DNA of 59,364 nt, filler included, from Squatina squatina (taxonomy: Eukaryota), in the NCBI GenBank assembly GCA_031763465.1. It is 3 parts of 3 records of this genome, joined end to end, with 100 filler letters (N's around TTAATTAATTAA, not from the genome) between each part and the next. Parts side by side here need not be neighbours in the genome. Positions count along the whole stretch, not along the records: positions 1 to 19,660 come from JARFOE010000176.1; positions 19,761 to 45,318 come from JARFOE010000013.1; 1 more part is not named here. One strand, written 5' to 3'. Both the position numbers and the translations under genes were made by a program. Below are positions 12,627 through 24,744 of the stretch, in pieces. The notes beneath the pieces were generated by a model, which ran no database searches, was not told where the DNA came from, and worked only from the letters and a program-made list of their open reading frames with translations. Numbering within the stretch: position 1 is the first letter of the stretch; each line of letters starts with the position of its first letter.

Positions 12627-13080
12627 TGGGAGGAGATGATCTGAGAAAGTCCAGAGTTAAAGTCAGAGGTGCATGATTTATGTTCGTCATTTATCTTTAC
12701 ATGCATGCATGTCAGGTTAGAGGGTGAGTTTGGGTGTGAATGGTTGAGCTCTTCAAGAATCCAAAATCTCAGCACTGTACCTGCTGCAAAACAAGGTTGT
12801 CCAGAACAGGAAGAAGAAAATGCACAGTGAAGACTCATTTGCAGGTACCTGCAGTACCTGTTACTCTTGTACGTGGCACAGTGTTAGGTATTTCAATGTT
12901 AGAAGTAGCATATTGTGTGACAGAATAGCTGCCAATTCACAATGAGATCTGAGCTCTTTTGTAATGAACTCACCTAGCAGNNNNNNNNNNNNNNNNNNNN
13001 NNNNNNNNNNNNNNNNNNNNNNNNNNNNNNNNNNNNNNNNNNNNNNNNNNNNNNNNNNNNNNNNNNNNNNNNNNNNNNNN

Positions 13081-13350
13081 TGTTTCTTAGCTCCACCCAA
13101 ACTGAATCTACATCTTGATCTTCCGAGCCAAGATCCTTTCTCAGTATTGTACTGATCTCACCCTTTATCAACAGTGCTATCCACCTATGTTTCCTTTTTG
13201 CCTGTCCTTAAATGTTGAATAACCTTGAATATTCAGTTCCCAGCCTTGGTCAACCTGCAGCCATGTCTTCGTAATCGCAATTATATCGTATCAATTCACT
13301 TCTGTTTGTGCTGTAAATTCATCTACCTTATTGTGAATGCATCCTCTGTT
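13081..13350 (-). mobile_element. CR1 endonuclease fragment
   Basis: RKDLGSEDQDVDSVWVELRN, typical CR1 APE region. Confidence 0.7.
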
Positions 13351-13883
13351 TTTATTAATAATTCTACCTTCAGCAATCCAAAATTAAGGTTCCTTTTTTT
13401 GAGAACATCAATTGAGCCTATTTATCTACACTTATATTTTCTTTGTGAGAACCTCGTAAAAGTACATTTCAGCCAATACTATAGATTGGTCACATTATGA
13501 CGTGCATTCTTTGGTGAGATTTTAATTTGTAGTTAGGCTTGTGAGCTCTAGTAGTGAAATTTGAGGCCTTATGTTAAGTTTCTTGTCAATGATTTTCTGA
13601 CCAGTCAATCTCCCATGGCATTGCAGTTAAGACCAAATGTAGTCTTCAGGTGAATTGAAGTTAAATTGTGAAGATTAATTGGGCTTGGGCATTATTCTTT
13701 TATGGTTGTTTATTCTGTCCTTATTTTTATATAATGTTTTGAGTTTATATTCATAATTAAGTAGTAGAACTTACCCTAATTTGGAAAGCAGAGAGATTAA
13801 TTTGATTGGAGCATGAGAGTTTATCTGGATTACAGATTGAGAAACTGGGAGAAAATGCATGGAAAGGAAGATTAAAAACTTAC

Positions 13884-13937
13884 CTGGTCTCCAGGATATC
13901 CTTGTTCTCCAGGTGTTCCCACCACACCATGATCACC
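13884..13937 (-). CDS. COL24A1: 54-nt Gly-X-Y collagen exon, most likely COL24A1
   Basis: tag|GGT...CAG|gtaagt; GDHGVVGTPGEQGYPGDQ is six perfect triplets at the canonical fibrillar-collagen exon size. Downstream of the COL24A1 N-terminal exon on the same strand. Confidence 0.85.
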
Positions 13938-14641
13938 CTAGATATCGCATTGCCACACATAGAGATACACAGTGACCACTGAGAATTTCCACTTAAACAA
14001 AAACAACATTGTTTAACTGCATGCAATCTATTAGAAAACAGCTGCTTTAAGCAGTTGATGAGGTTTTGCATGTCACCCTCGGGCAAAATGGAAAAACCAT
14101 GGTTGGCACATATATGAATCACTTATTTCCTTTACAGCTGAAATGTGCTTCCCCGAGATTTTCCGACACGGTATTGTGAGGTTATGCGTTGCACGCGGTT
14201 TTACCATCCAAATTATTATGTGTAGAAGAACTGAGCAAAGTGATTCAAGTCAGAGTTATTAAATCAAATGGATGAGTTAAAATCCGAGGCCTGTATTAAT
14301 ATTTCTGTGCCCAAATTTTTAAAATAAAAAAGGCGAGTTAATATATTTTATTGAAAATGACATTTGCCAGCATTTTGCCGGTAGGAGCTGCAATCAACTT
14401 ATTTAGTATCTTCGATGCGTTTGACGTTTAAGTAATATGCATATTCTGCACAAATGATGCATCACACAGAACCTATACATTGCAATCAGCTTGTGCACCA
14501 TCTACAAGGCACAAGTCAGGAGTGTGATGGAATACTCTCCANNNNNNNNNNNNNNNNNNNNNNNNNNNNNNNNNNNNNNNNNNNNNNNNNNNNNNNNNNN
14601 NNNNNNNNNNNNNNNNNNNNNNNNNNNNNNNNNNNNNNNNN

Positions 14642-15730
14642 GGGCAACATCGGACTTTCCTGATTTTCGCCTTCCGTGGCATTTTCGGAGTGATCTCCGT
14701 CAGCTTGCGTTCCCTCCCTGCTGGATGACGCTTCCAATTTTCTGGCATCAGTCTTAAAATGTGGATCAACAGCAGGCTGAACAGTGGCAGGGCTCATCTC
14801 GGCCTCATCGGATTGATGCAATTTCACAGTATCATCGAAGCGAGGAGTTGGCGATCGTGCAGTGGGAGGCGATAGGAAGGAAATCCTCGATTCAGGAGAA
14901 TTCCGGTGGGTATTNNNNNNNNNNGCCTGGGTTCAATGAGCGACCTAATTGTATATTCCTGCCAGTGGCCTTTTGCCCTTGATTTCTTATGATGTGATGC
15001 GCTGTTGATGTTGAACTTGGTTTAGTTTGCGATTCTTCACCCAGTGAAGAGCTTGCGTTGGCGCCTACAGCGGGCGCGGTGGCGAGCGACGGCGACCAGG
15101 ATCGGTAGGTGTCCGCGTGGCGACACTGTTTCTTCACGTAATTGCAATAGTTTGTCGAAGCTTGTGCATTCGGATAAATATCGAGCTGGCATATGGCGCC
15201 TTCAAACTGGACCGATTTCAAGTTCATCCTGCCTAACGTTAGCTTGCTGTCAGCGACAAATTTCTGCGGTTTGATAAGTAGTTCCTTGCTGATGAGTTTT
15301 TCACCACAATCGGCATAAAAAGAAGCAGTTTTGCCTTTAATTTCGATAGCAAATGAATGCCACTGTCCATTGTGAGCGTGATAATCAAAGTATACAGACG
15401 GCTTCTCAGCAACATACACCACTAATTTCCTTGGTAAAATCTGTACTCCAAACTGGAGCCTGTTTTTATTTCTAATACTAAACAGAAAAGCATTGTTGAC
15501 TCTGTGAGAGCGGAGACTCACAACTATTGTGAATTCATTTCCAATATCTAGTGGCATGACGCTCGCTGTCGGGGCTTCAATGTGCGCGTCGCTTGACAGG
15601 ATAATGCCCATCCCTGTTGCCGTGATCCCCTGAGGTGACGAGAGTGACGCCCATGGCTGTTGGGAGGGTGACGCCGATGAGACTTGCGCTTTGCTCTCTG
15701 TAAGACCAAGTTTCTGGAGAATGTCTACAC
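14642..15730 (-). CDS. COL24A1: COL24A1 large N-terminal exon (TSPN/LamG domain plus variable region); 3' end lost in a gap, 10-N gap inside
   Basis: Acceptor ttttttaaattctag| at 15731. GVDILQKLGL..SHRVNNAFLFSIRNKNRLQFGVQILPRKL..FEGAICQLDIYP..YCNYVKKQCRHAD matches recalled COL24A1. An open frame continues 14914-14642. Confidence 0.93.
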
Positions 15731-15939
15731 CTAGAATTTAAAAAAGCAAAGCAACATGTCATTCAACAATTCATTTCATAGAATGTACGGCACAGGAACA
15801 GGCCATTCGGCCCGACNNNNNNNNNNNNNNNNNNNNNNNNNNNNNNNNNNNNNNNNNNNNNNNNNNNNNNNNNNNNNNNNNNNNNNNNNNNNNNNNNNNN
15901 NNNNNNNNNNNNNNNNAACAGTGAAGAAGACAGTAACAG

Positions 15940-16648
15940 GCTTCAGTAGGACAGAGACTGGTGAAATGGGCAGACACATGACAGGAGAAATTTAATGTCG
16001 AGAACTGTGAAGTGATTCATTTTGGTAGGAAGAATGAGGAGAGGCAGTATAAACTAAATAGCACAATTTTCAAGGGGGTACAGGAACAGAGAGATCTGGA
16101 GGCGTACGTACATATCTTTGAAGGTAGCAGGATACATTGAGAAGGCTGTTAAAAAGGCATATGGGATCCTTGGCTTTATAAATAAAGGCATAAAATGCAA
16201 AAGCAAGGAAGTTATGCTAAACCTTTGCAAAACAGCAAAGGCCCCAGCTGGAGTATTGTGACCAATTCTAGGCACCGCATTTTAGGAAATATGTCAAGGC
16301 CTTGTAGAGGGTGCAGAGGAGATTTACTAGAATGGCACCAGGGATGAAAGACTTCAGTATCAGGAGAAGCTGGGCTCGTTCTCCTTACAGCAGAGAAGTT
16401 TAAGGGGAGATGTGATAGATTCGTTCAAAATTATGAAGGGTTTTGAAAAAGTAAATCAGGAGCAACTGCTTCCAGCGACAGAAGGGTCGGTAACCAGAGG
16501 ATACAGATTTAAGGTAAGTGGCAAAAGAACGAGACGCACAAGAAAAAATTTTACTCAGCTAGTGGTTACGATCTGGAATGCGCTGCCATAAAGAGTGGTG
16601 CAAGCAGATTCAATAAATAATTTTCAAAAGGAAATTGGATAAATACGT
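15940..16648 (+). mobile_element. CR1 LINE ORF2 3' portion, degenerate
   Basis: FNVENCEVIHFGRKN, RPQLEYC-like, ALERVQRRFTRM-like and TRGYRFK motifs with frameshifts. Confidence 0.85.
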
Positions 16649-17054
16649 NNNNNNNNNNNNNNNNNNNNNNNNNNNNNNNNNNNNNNNNNNNNNNNNNNNN
16701 NNNNNNNNNNNNNNNNNNNNNNNNNNNNNNNNNNNNNNNNNNNNNNNNGCAGCCCTGTTTTAACAGATTGGGGACGGGGACAACAGAGAGAAGAAAAAAA
16801 AATTCCGACCCTTCAGGAGAGAAAAAAAGAACCGATTCATTATTACAGCGTTTACATCGCGTTCTATCGCTTCACAACATGCAATAAACTCAGAATTTGC
16901 AGCAATTTTTGCAACCGTTTTATTGTTTCCTTAACAACCCTTGAAAAACAGCATTCAAACTTTTCACAGAAACTGAATTTACAGTTAAAATTCAAAAAGA
17001 AAATCATTTACAAACTTTAAATTTGTGCCCAAGTCAAACTTCTGATAAAACACT

Positions 17055-17679
17055 GGCCCAGAATTTGCTGGAGCAAGGCACAGCTAGTTAGGCCTTTTCC
17101 CCTCACTCTTCAACACAAATGTAATTTGCGCCGGGAGTGCAACGGGGCATCTGGGACCTCAGTGAATGGCAGGACCAACAGTGCACCTCCTAAATCAGTG
17201 GGATATAAGGATTGATAAATAAACGGGGGAAGGATTGAGAAGGAAATAGGGTGAATTAGAGTAAAATCAGGAACAGAAAAAGAACTGAAGAGAGGGGAAG
17301 AAAGATTGGATTAAGAGAAAGATTTTATAAATCTCTAAGAACAATTTACTACCTGCAGGAAAGAAAATCCACAGTTTCAATTGTTCCCTTTCGGGGCCGG
17401 AGAGGTTGAGTAGCATTGCACGAACATAAATCTGGTCATTAAAAAGGGTACTTTCTGTGGCAACTTTACTGAATAATTAATGTGCAAATGCACCAGCTTC
17501 ATGAAACTCACGGGGTGGTTGAGGGCGCGATTCCGTTTTCGCAAAGCTAACAGCGGAGCAGAGCAAATCGGCCATCAACTTGTGCCGATTTGCAACTCAT
17601 GCCGTATCTCTTCTTCGCCACAAGTTGCTGGAGGATTTACACGTTGTAATGCCTTTATTTTGGCAGCAGAATCTGGGCC
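17055..17679. mobile_element. About 625-bp MITE-like element with terminal inverted repeats
   Basis: GGCCCAGAATTTGC ... GCAGAATCTGGGCC (12/14 inverted match); flanks ACT/AAT; internal core shared with about 38710-39120. Confidence 0.6.
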
Positions 17680-17761
17680 AATATTTTTTTTTCAAATAAC
17701 GACAGTGCTTGCAAACGTCCCGTTATTAACGGCTTCGTTACTGTTTGGAGCTGAACTGTTC

Positions 17762-17956
17762 TCAGATGGAAATATCTGTCTGTGGAGATTGCCTGGCTGC
17801 GAGGCAGTCTGCTTCATACCTTTTCCTGAGGCCAGTTAGGTACATTCGCAAACGGTCTGGGTCCAGGCAGGAGTTCCGCGCTGCCTGCACTAGTCTGGTG
17901 GCCAGGTGGTGCATCGCTCGCTGCTGCAGAGATTCGGTAGTGTTTCTCTGTTTCCG
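17762..17956 (-). CDS. MSH4: MSH4 last coding exon
   Basis: Acceptor ttttttgctgaattgcag|. [47 protein letters not shown]..* matches the recalled MSH4 C-terminus ([30 protein letters not shown]). Confidence 0.9.
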   Translation of the reverse strand, partial: [64 protein letters not shown]

Positions 17957-18055
17957 CTGCAATTCAGCAAAAAATAGGTGAATCAGATTTAACTACAGAA
18001 TCAACTGTTGTACTTATAAAATTTAATATCAATTCAAAAACATACCAGCCTTTTG

Positions 18056-18063
18056 TGTTGGCT

Positions 18064-18101
<38 letters not shown>

Positions 18102-18344
18102 AGTTGTGGGTTTGAGTCCCACTCCAGAGACTCAAGCCCATAATCCAGGACGACACTCCTAGTGCACTATTAAAGGAATGCTGCACTGTCAGAGGGGCAG
18201 TAGTGAGGAAGTGCTGCAATGTCAGAGAAACAGTACTGTGGGAGTGCTATACTGTCGGATGGACAGTACGAAGGGAATGCTGCACTGTCGGGGGGCAGTA
18301 CTGAGGGAGTGCTATACTGTCGGAGGGTAAGTACTGAGGGAATG
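18056..18344 (+). mobile_element. Deu-SINE 5' part whose body has expanded into a ~33-bp minisatellite
   Basis: tRNA-like head (tggctcaatggg / gggtttgagtccc) followed by five or more copies of cagtactgagggagtgctgcactgtcggaggg running into the gap. Confidence 0.85.
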
Positions 18345-18569
18345 NNNNNNNNNNNNNNNNNNNNNNNNNNNNNNNNNNNNNNNNNNNNNNNNNNNNNNNN
18401 NNNNNNNNNNNNNNNNNNNNNNNNNNNNNNNNNNNNNNNNNNNNGCCAGGAGAGCATTAGAATAGTCAAGTCTCGAGGTAACGAAGGCATGGATGAGGGT
18501 TTCAGCAGCAGATGAACTGTGGCAGGGTTGGAGACAGGCGATGCGACGGAGGTGGAAGTAGGTGGTTTT

Positions 18570-18712
18570 ACACCACTATGGGAGCACCTTCACCTCACGG
18601 ACTGCAACGGTTCAACAAGAAGGCCCACTACCAGCTTCTCAAGGGGCAACTAGCGATGGACAATAAAAGTCGGCCTTGTCGGCGACGCCCACATCCCACG
18701 AAGGAATATAAG
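18570..18712 (+). mobile_element. CR1-type 3' tail, preceded by an L2 fragment at about 18445-18565 (minus)
   Basis: cacggactgcaacggttcaacaagaaggccc..ttctcaaggggcaactag..gacgcccacatccca. Confidence 0.7.
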
Positions 18713-18927
18713 AACATTCTGTCGGCACCAAAAGGTTTGCCAAAAGGATATCTCTCAGCTGACGTGCTTGGAGGAGGAGGAGGGGATGCGGAAGGTGAGA
18801 TCAGGCAGTTTCGGTTACCCAACAGGCCCTCCGGCCCTTTCATCCNNNNNNNNNNGACCATTTCTTTTTCAGATACAAAGATCCTGAAGCTCGTTCACAT
18901 AAAGACTTAAATGACCAAACCTTTTAC

Positions 18928-19056
18928 CTTGAAACTAAGCAGAAATTCACAGACTGCATGGCAGATGCCAATGCCTTCCTCTGTACTAGTTCCTCTACCC
19001 AATTCATCAATTATAATGAGAGATTTATCAGTGACATTGTGCATGATGTATGTTAT
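18928..19056 (-). CDS. MSH4: MSH4 129-nt exon (MutS ATPase Walker B)
   Basis: cttacag|[43 protein letters not shown]|gtaaaa; DELGRGT is the MutS signature; same strand as the terminal exon. Confidence 0.93.
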
Positions 19057-19660
19057 CTGTAAGAAAAGGAAGAGATGCACAATTAGTCTTTTAACAAATA
19101 CACAGTTCTTATCTATTGTCTGACAGGATCCTAAGTTGTCTAACATTAATATAATGTACAGATACTGATGGACTGGAGGTTTCAGAGAGGCGACCAATCT
19201 GATTTCAGGGCTAAGAGTTCAGTTATACTGTCACTTTGTGTTGCTGCAAAGTGGCTTACATAGAATGTACGGCCCAACTGGTCCATGCCGGTGTTTATGC
19301 TCCACACGAGCCTCCTCCCACCCCCTCTTCATCTCACCCCATCAACATAATCTTCTATTCCTTCTTCCTTCATGCGTTTTCTAGCTTCACCTTATTCTGG
19401 ATTAGTTGGGGGTAAGGGAAAACCCTGACACAACATCATCTCGCCAAATATCATAGCTGTGGCTTTCTGAGCCAAATAAATTAAATAAGTTAGCTAGAGT
19501 GCATGATGGTGGAAATAATGAGACAGTTTCAAAGCTCTGTAAGAGTTCTTTGGTTGCAATGAGAAAGAAGAAAGGGCTTGGATTTCTATAGCGTCTTTCA
19601 CCACCTCAGGACCTCCCAAAGCGCTTTACAGCCAATGAAGTGCTTTTTCAAATGTCGTCA

Positions 19661-19760
19661 NNNNNNNNNNNNNNNNNNNNNNNNNNNNNNNNNNNNNNNN
19701 NNNNTTAATTAATTAANNNNNNNNNNNNNNNNNNNNNNNNNNNNNNNNNNNNNNNNNNNN
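19661..19760. other. Artificial scaffold linker
   Basis: N44-TTAATTAATTAA-N44 (stops in all six frames); identical at 45319-45418. Confidence 0.97.
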
Positions 19761-21185
19761 CAAAGAAGGTCATGTACAGAGGTTGATGCTGCTCCCTGCA
19801 CTTCTCTTGGATTTGGCGTGTGCTGAAAACCATGTCCATTGTACCCCTAGAGGGGCAGAATCCACATTGTGACTCAGGGAGGAGTTCTTCAGCCACTGGA
19901 AGGTGATCATTGAGGAGGATTCTTGCGATGACCTTCCCTGTGGCGGACAGCAGGGAGACCCCTCTGTAGTTCCCACAATCGGACTTGTCTCCTTTCTTAA
20001 AGATGGCCATGATTATGGCATCTCTGAGATCTCCTGGCATGCTCGCCTCCTCCCAAATGAAGGGGATGAGGTCATAGATTCGTGCCTTGAGTGCCTCACC
20101 GTCGTATTTTAGTATTTCAGTAGGGATTCCATCTGCGCCGGAAGCCTTGTTGTTATTCAACTACCCGATTGCCTTTACGACCTCATGTAGGGCAGGGGTT
20201 GTGCTGAGGTGGTGGCGGGTAGGATGTTGTGGGATGGAGTTGAGGGCTCGGGCGTCAAGGACTATGTCTTGTTTGAGGAGTTCCTCAAAATGCTTCTTCT
20301 AGTGGGCGCTGACTGCTTCTCTGTACTTAATGAGCACATCTCCGTTCTTTGCTCTCAGCAGGGTAGGTTCTTGGGTGTTTGGGCCATAGATGTTCTTGAC
20401 TGTTCTGAAGAATCCACGCACGTCGTTGTTGGCGGCAAGTTGTTGGATCTCCTGCGCTCTTTCAACCCACCACCTATTCTTTAGGTCCCGAATTTTATGT
20501 TGGACCTCGGCCTTCATTTGTCTGCAGGCCTGTTTTCTTTCCCTCAAGCTTTGGTGGTGCTCCCAGTTCAAGAACACCTTGTGTTTGAAGTTTAATAGCT
20601 CCTGGATCTCCTAGTTGTTCTCGTCAATCCAGTCTTGATGTTTCCTGGTAGAGTACCAGGAGTCTCCTCGCAGTTTTAAGGGTGGACCATGCACTGTGGA
20701 TGCTCTGTGGCTCCAATTTGTTGAGCATCACCAGATTAGTTGTGAGGCATTGGCTGGATAGGACTTTTCTCGCGGGATCTTTTCATCCTTCGACATTGAT
20801 TTTCCTGTTTTGAGCCCTGTTAACAGAATTAATAGAGCTGACTAGGCGGTGGTCAGACAAGCAGTCGTCGGCTCCTGTCATGGTGTGGGTGATGCGGACA
20901 TCTTTGCGGTCCCTCGCTCGAACAAAGACGTAGTCTAGTAGGTGCCAATGCCTGGAGCAAGGGTGTTGCCATGAGGTCTTTTACTTGTCTCTCTGACAAA
21001 ATAGGGTGTTGATTATGACAAGACCATGTTCCAAGCATTTAGTCAGGAAGAGGACTCGTTGGAGTTTGCTTTCCCGACTCCTTCCCTGCCAATCACACCT
21101 TTCCAGAGGTTTGCATCCTTCCTGACTCTGGCATTGAAATCGCCGAGGAGGATCAGCTTGTCTCCCTTTGGGACGTGGGACAGGG
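19761..21185 (-). mobile_element. RTE-clade LINE relic (endonuclease to early RT)
   Basis: KASGADGIPTEILK, KKGDKSDCGNYRGVSLLS, LPESQCGF, RQIQEKCREQ; stops and frameshifts. Confidence 0.92.
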
Positions 21186-21285
21186 NNNNNNNNNNNNNNN
21201 NNNNNNNNNNNNNNNNNNNNNNNNNNNNNNNNNNNNNNNNNNNNNNNNNNNNNNNNNNNNNNNNNNNNNNNNNNNNNNNNNNNNN

Positions 21286-22548
21286 AGATAAGGGAGATGA
21301 GGTCGTGGATTCGTGCCAAGTGTGCCTCTCTGCTGTATTTTAGTATTTCGGCGGGGATTTCATCTACGCCGGAGGCACTTATGTTTTTCATTTAGCCATT
21401 TCAACCTCATGTCGGGCTGGGGTTGTGCTGAGATAGTGGTGGGCAGCCTGCTGTGGGATGGAGTCAAAGGCTCTCACATCGATGGCTGAGTCTTGGTTGA
21501 GGAGATCCTCGAAATGCTCTTTCTAGCGGGTGATGACTGCCTCTCTGTCCTTGATGAGCACATCGCCATTCTTAGCTCTCAGTGAGGTGGGTGCTTGGGC
21601 CATAGATGGTCTTGACTGCACTGAAGAATCCACGCTCATCATGGTTGTCAGCAAGTTGCTGGATCTCCTGCGCCCTTTCCGCCCACCATCTATTCTTTAG
21701 GTCCTGGGTGTTGTGTTGGATGTCGGACTTTGTTTGCCTGTAGACGTGTTTTCTTTCCCTGGAGTTTTGGTGGTGCTGCCAATTCAAGAACACCTTGCGT
21801 TTGCAGTTTAGTAGCTCCTGGATCTCCTGCTCTTTCTCGTCAAACCAGTCTTGATGTTTCCTGGTAGAGAAACCAAGAGTCTCCTCGCAGGTGCTGGTCA
21901 TGGTAGACTTAAAGGCAGACCAGGCACTGTGGACACTGTGGCTCCAATTCGTTGAGTGTCGCCAGGTTGGTTGTGAGACGTTGGCTAACAATTAGCGGGA
22001 ACTTTGAGTCCTACGACATTGATTTTCCTGTGGCAGTGTTTCTGTTGCTGCTGCTGTTTTTGGGACAGGTTGATGATAATAAAACGGATTATGCGGTGGT
22101 CGGTCCAGCAGTTGTTGGCTCCTGTCATGGCGCAGGTGATGCGGACATCCTTTCGGTCCCTCGCTTGAACGATGACGTAGTCTCGTAGATGCCAATGCCT
22201 GGAGCAAGGTGTTGCCATGATGTATTGTCTCTCTGACGAAATAGGGCGGTGGTTATGACAAGATCACATTCTAAGCATCTTGTCAGGAGGAGGACTCCGT
22301 TGGAGTTTGCTTTCCCTACTCCTTCCCTGCCGATCACGCCTTTCCAGAGGTTTGCGTCCTTCCCGACTGCGGCATCGAAATTGCCGAGGAGGATCAGCTT
22401 GTCTCCCTTTGGGACACAGGACAGGGATTGCTCTAGGCTAGAGTAGAATTCCTCTTTGGTCTCGTCCGTTGCTTCTAGGGTTGGGGCGTACGCACTGACG
22501 ACCGTGGTGTACTGATAACAACTAGTCAATCGACTCCTAGGCCTCTGC
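21286..22548 (-). mobile_element. Second RTE-clade LINE relic overlapping the same region
   Basis: VVSAYAPTL, DKLILLGNFDA, TDHR, RKHQDWFDE; clearly homologous to, but diverged from, 20050-21185. Confidence 0.92.
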
Positions 22549-24274
22549 CNNNNNNNNNNNNNNNNNNNNNNNNNNNNNNNNNNNNNNNNNNNNNNNNNNN
22601 NNNNNNNNNNNNNNNNNNNNNNNNNNNNNNNNNNNNNNNNNNNNNNNNNAGAGTAACTGAGGTGCTGAACCAAGTTTTAGTTCACGAGTCTGTTTCTGGG
22701 GTTTGTTATTCCTCACTCTTACACAGACAGTTTCACATTCTGAAATAGTGGTTTTATTACCAACTTTTCACCCTACAAATTGCTGACCGCACATTTACTG
22801 TTATGTTTAATGATCCTGAACACTTTTACAGTAGTATAATCAATTAACTTTATTACAACGTCAATTATTTGCATGTGTATTTACCATTGATTTCCTTCTA
22901 ATTTTCTGTTCAGTAGTATCTAGTGCCTGCCAAGGATATAAGTATATACGTACCATGGTTAAAGGCATTGCTTTTCATTAAGTAAGTGTTAAATCTACAG
23001 GAAGTATGTGCTATATGTATAACTTTTAATATATTTGTCAATTTTCCTCACACAATGGTGTAGATGGCTTGCTCATCGCATTCCAGCTCACTGAATGTAA
23101 ATGAGATTTAAATGTTTCTTTTAAATGGCATGTTTCGTTTCATTTTCATAGTGCCTGTGGCCTTCCTCTCCATACTTTGCTTTGAATCAGGTGCTTCCCA
23201 CTTATCTGACTGCCNNNNNNNNNNNNNNNNNNNNNNNNNNNNNNNNNNNNNNNNNNNNNNNNNNNNNNNNNNNNNNNNNNNNNNNNNNNNNNNNNNNNNN
23301 NNNNNNNNNNNNNNGCTCCTATTTTCTATGTTTCTATGTTTCTTTCCCTCTTCATTTTTGCCCACCCTCTAACACTGCTTGACTTGAAAGATTTCAATTA
23401 GTCTTGATCACCTTTGTGGAATGCCACAGCTCAACTGGACCTTATAAACTGAATCAATATCTGGATAAATCAATATCTTGAAGGAAGTCGAATAAACAGA
23501 AAATATTAGCAGATGGTTTAGTAAAATTAAACATTCTAATCTGGCTGTATCAACAGATATTAGCTTCTTCAGAAAATATTAGAATTGAGGAACAAGTTTG
23601 AAATTAATTTTTAAATCATCAAGCACTGCTTCCTGCTTTCTGACATTATTCTCAACCAGATGAGAAATGCTATGAATGTGCTATCATCCAGGAAGCATTC
23701 GATTCCACAGTAATGGTCTGTCAGTTCTGATGCATGAAAAACTTGTAAAAACAAAAATTGCAAAAGAAATTAAATAGGTCATGTTAATCCAGTGGCTATA
23801 GTGAATGATTCTGCATACTCAATTGTGGAAAAAGACTTCTCTAGGTGATTTAACACTATGTTCTCAATTCACCCTTTAGTCTAGTTCCCTAATGGCCAAC
23901 ACAGTATGATGATTTTAAAAAACTGTGTCGGACAACAAACTCTAAATTTTAGCTGTACTGCATAGTTGTCATCATATAAAAGATACCTCTTTATGTTNNN
24001 NNNNNNNNNNNNNNNNNNNNNNNNNNNNNNNNNNNNNNNNNNNNNNNNNNNNNNNNNNNNNNNNNNNNNNNNNNNNNNNNNNNNNNNNNNNNNNNNNTTA
24101 AATCCCTCCATGACTTTTCCCTATCTTAGCTCTGTCATTTTCTTCAGCCCTATCTCAGCAATCACTCCATTCCTCTGACTCTGGTGGTTTATGTATTTCT
24201 GCTCCTCCTGGCCACAAGGAAACTTCAAAAAAAAATTCACCTTGCTGAGCTTCTTCTGCCCCTCAACCCAGCTC

Positions 24275-24400
24275 CCAGGGATAGGGCGGGAAAGTGGAAT
24301 TGAGGTAGAAGATTAGACATGATCTTACTGAATGGGGGCGGAGCAGGCTCAAGGGGCTGTATGACCTACTCCTGCTCCTATTTCTTATGTACTTATGTTC
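24275..24400 (+). mobile_element. CR1 LINE 3' end
   Basis: gcaggctcaaggggctgtatgacctactcctgctcctatttcttatgtacttatgttc tail. Confidence 0.8.
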
Positions 24401-24671
24401 TCCTGGCAGTTTTGGCCTGGTGGGGAAGCCATCATTGCTCCCCCATGCAGGCCTCTCGTTATAATAGCAGATTGAGCCTTGATGATGTGATTGGAACCCG
24501 ATTTGCATATTTAAAGGGGACCCAGTTGGTTTGGGTAGGTGTCCTTGCTGCCTGCAATTTATAATTGTAGTCAGTCAGATCGGGGAGGGAAAGGAGTGGG
24601 TAAGTCCCCCAATCCATTTTAACTAGCCCCCACCTGGTTTCCGCCAGGTGGGGAGAGTTAAAATCAGGGCC
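24400..24671 (-). mobile_element. MITE end with subterminal hairpin; same family as the element starting at 52018
   Basis: Reverse complement ggccctgattttaactctccccacctggcggaaaccaggtggggg..aaaatgga aligns to ggtcctgattttaaatccctcccc..ggaaaccagg..aaaatgga at 52018. Confidence 0.6.
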
Positions 24672-24744
24672 AAATACCTTCTCTTTCTTCTCTGGATTTG
24701 TGTAAAAAAGTGGATGATACAACTTCTGGCTTATCTATTGACAG

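Noticed and set aside
18163-18344. Regular ~33-bp repeats suggestive of CRISPR
   Set aside because: No unique spacers, no cas genes, eukaryotic context; the unit derives from a SINE.
18815-18845. MKGPEGLLG collagen-like triplets on the minus strand
   Set aside because: Too short, no phase-0 donor, and located between MSH4 exons.
19705-19716. Palindromic TTAATTAATTAA, repeated at 45363-45374
   Set aside because: Synthetic linker flanked by 44 Ns on each side.
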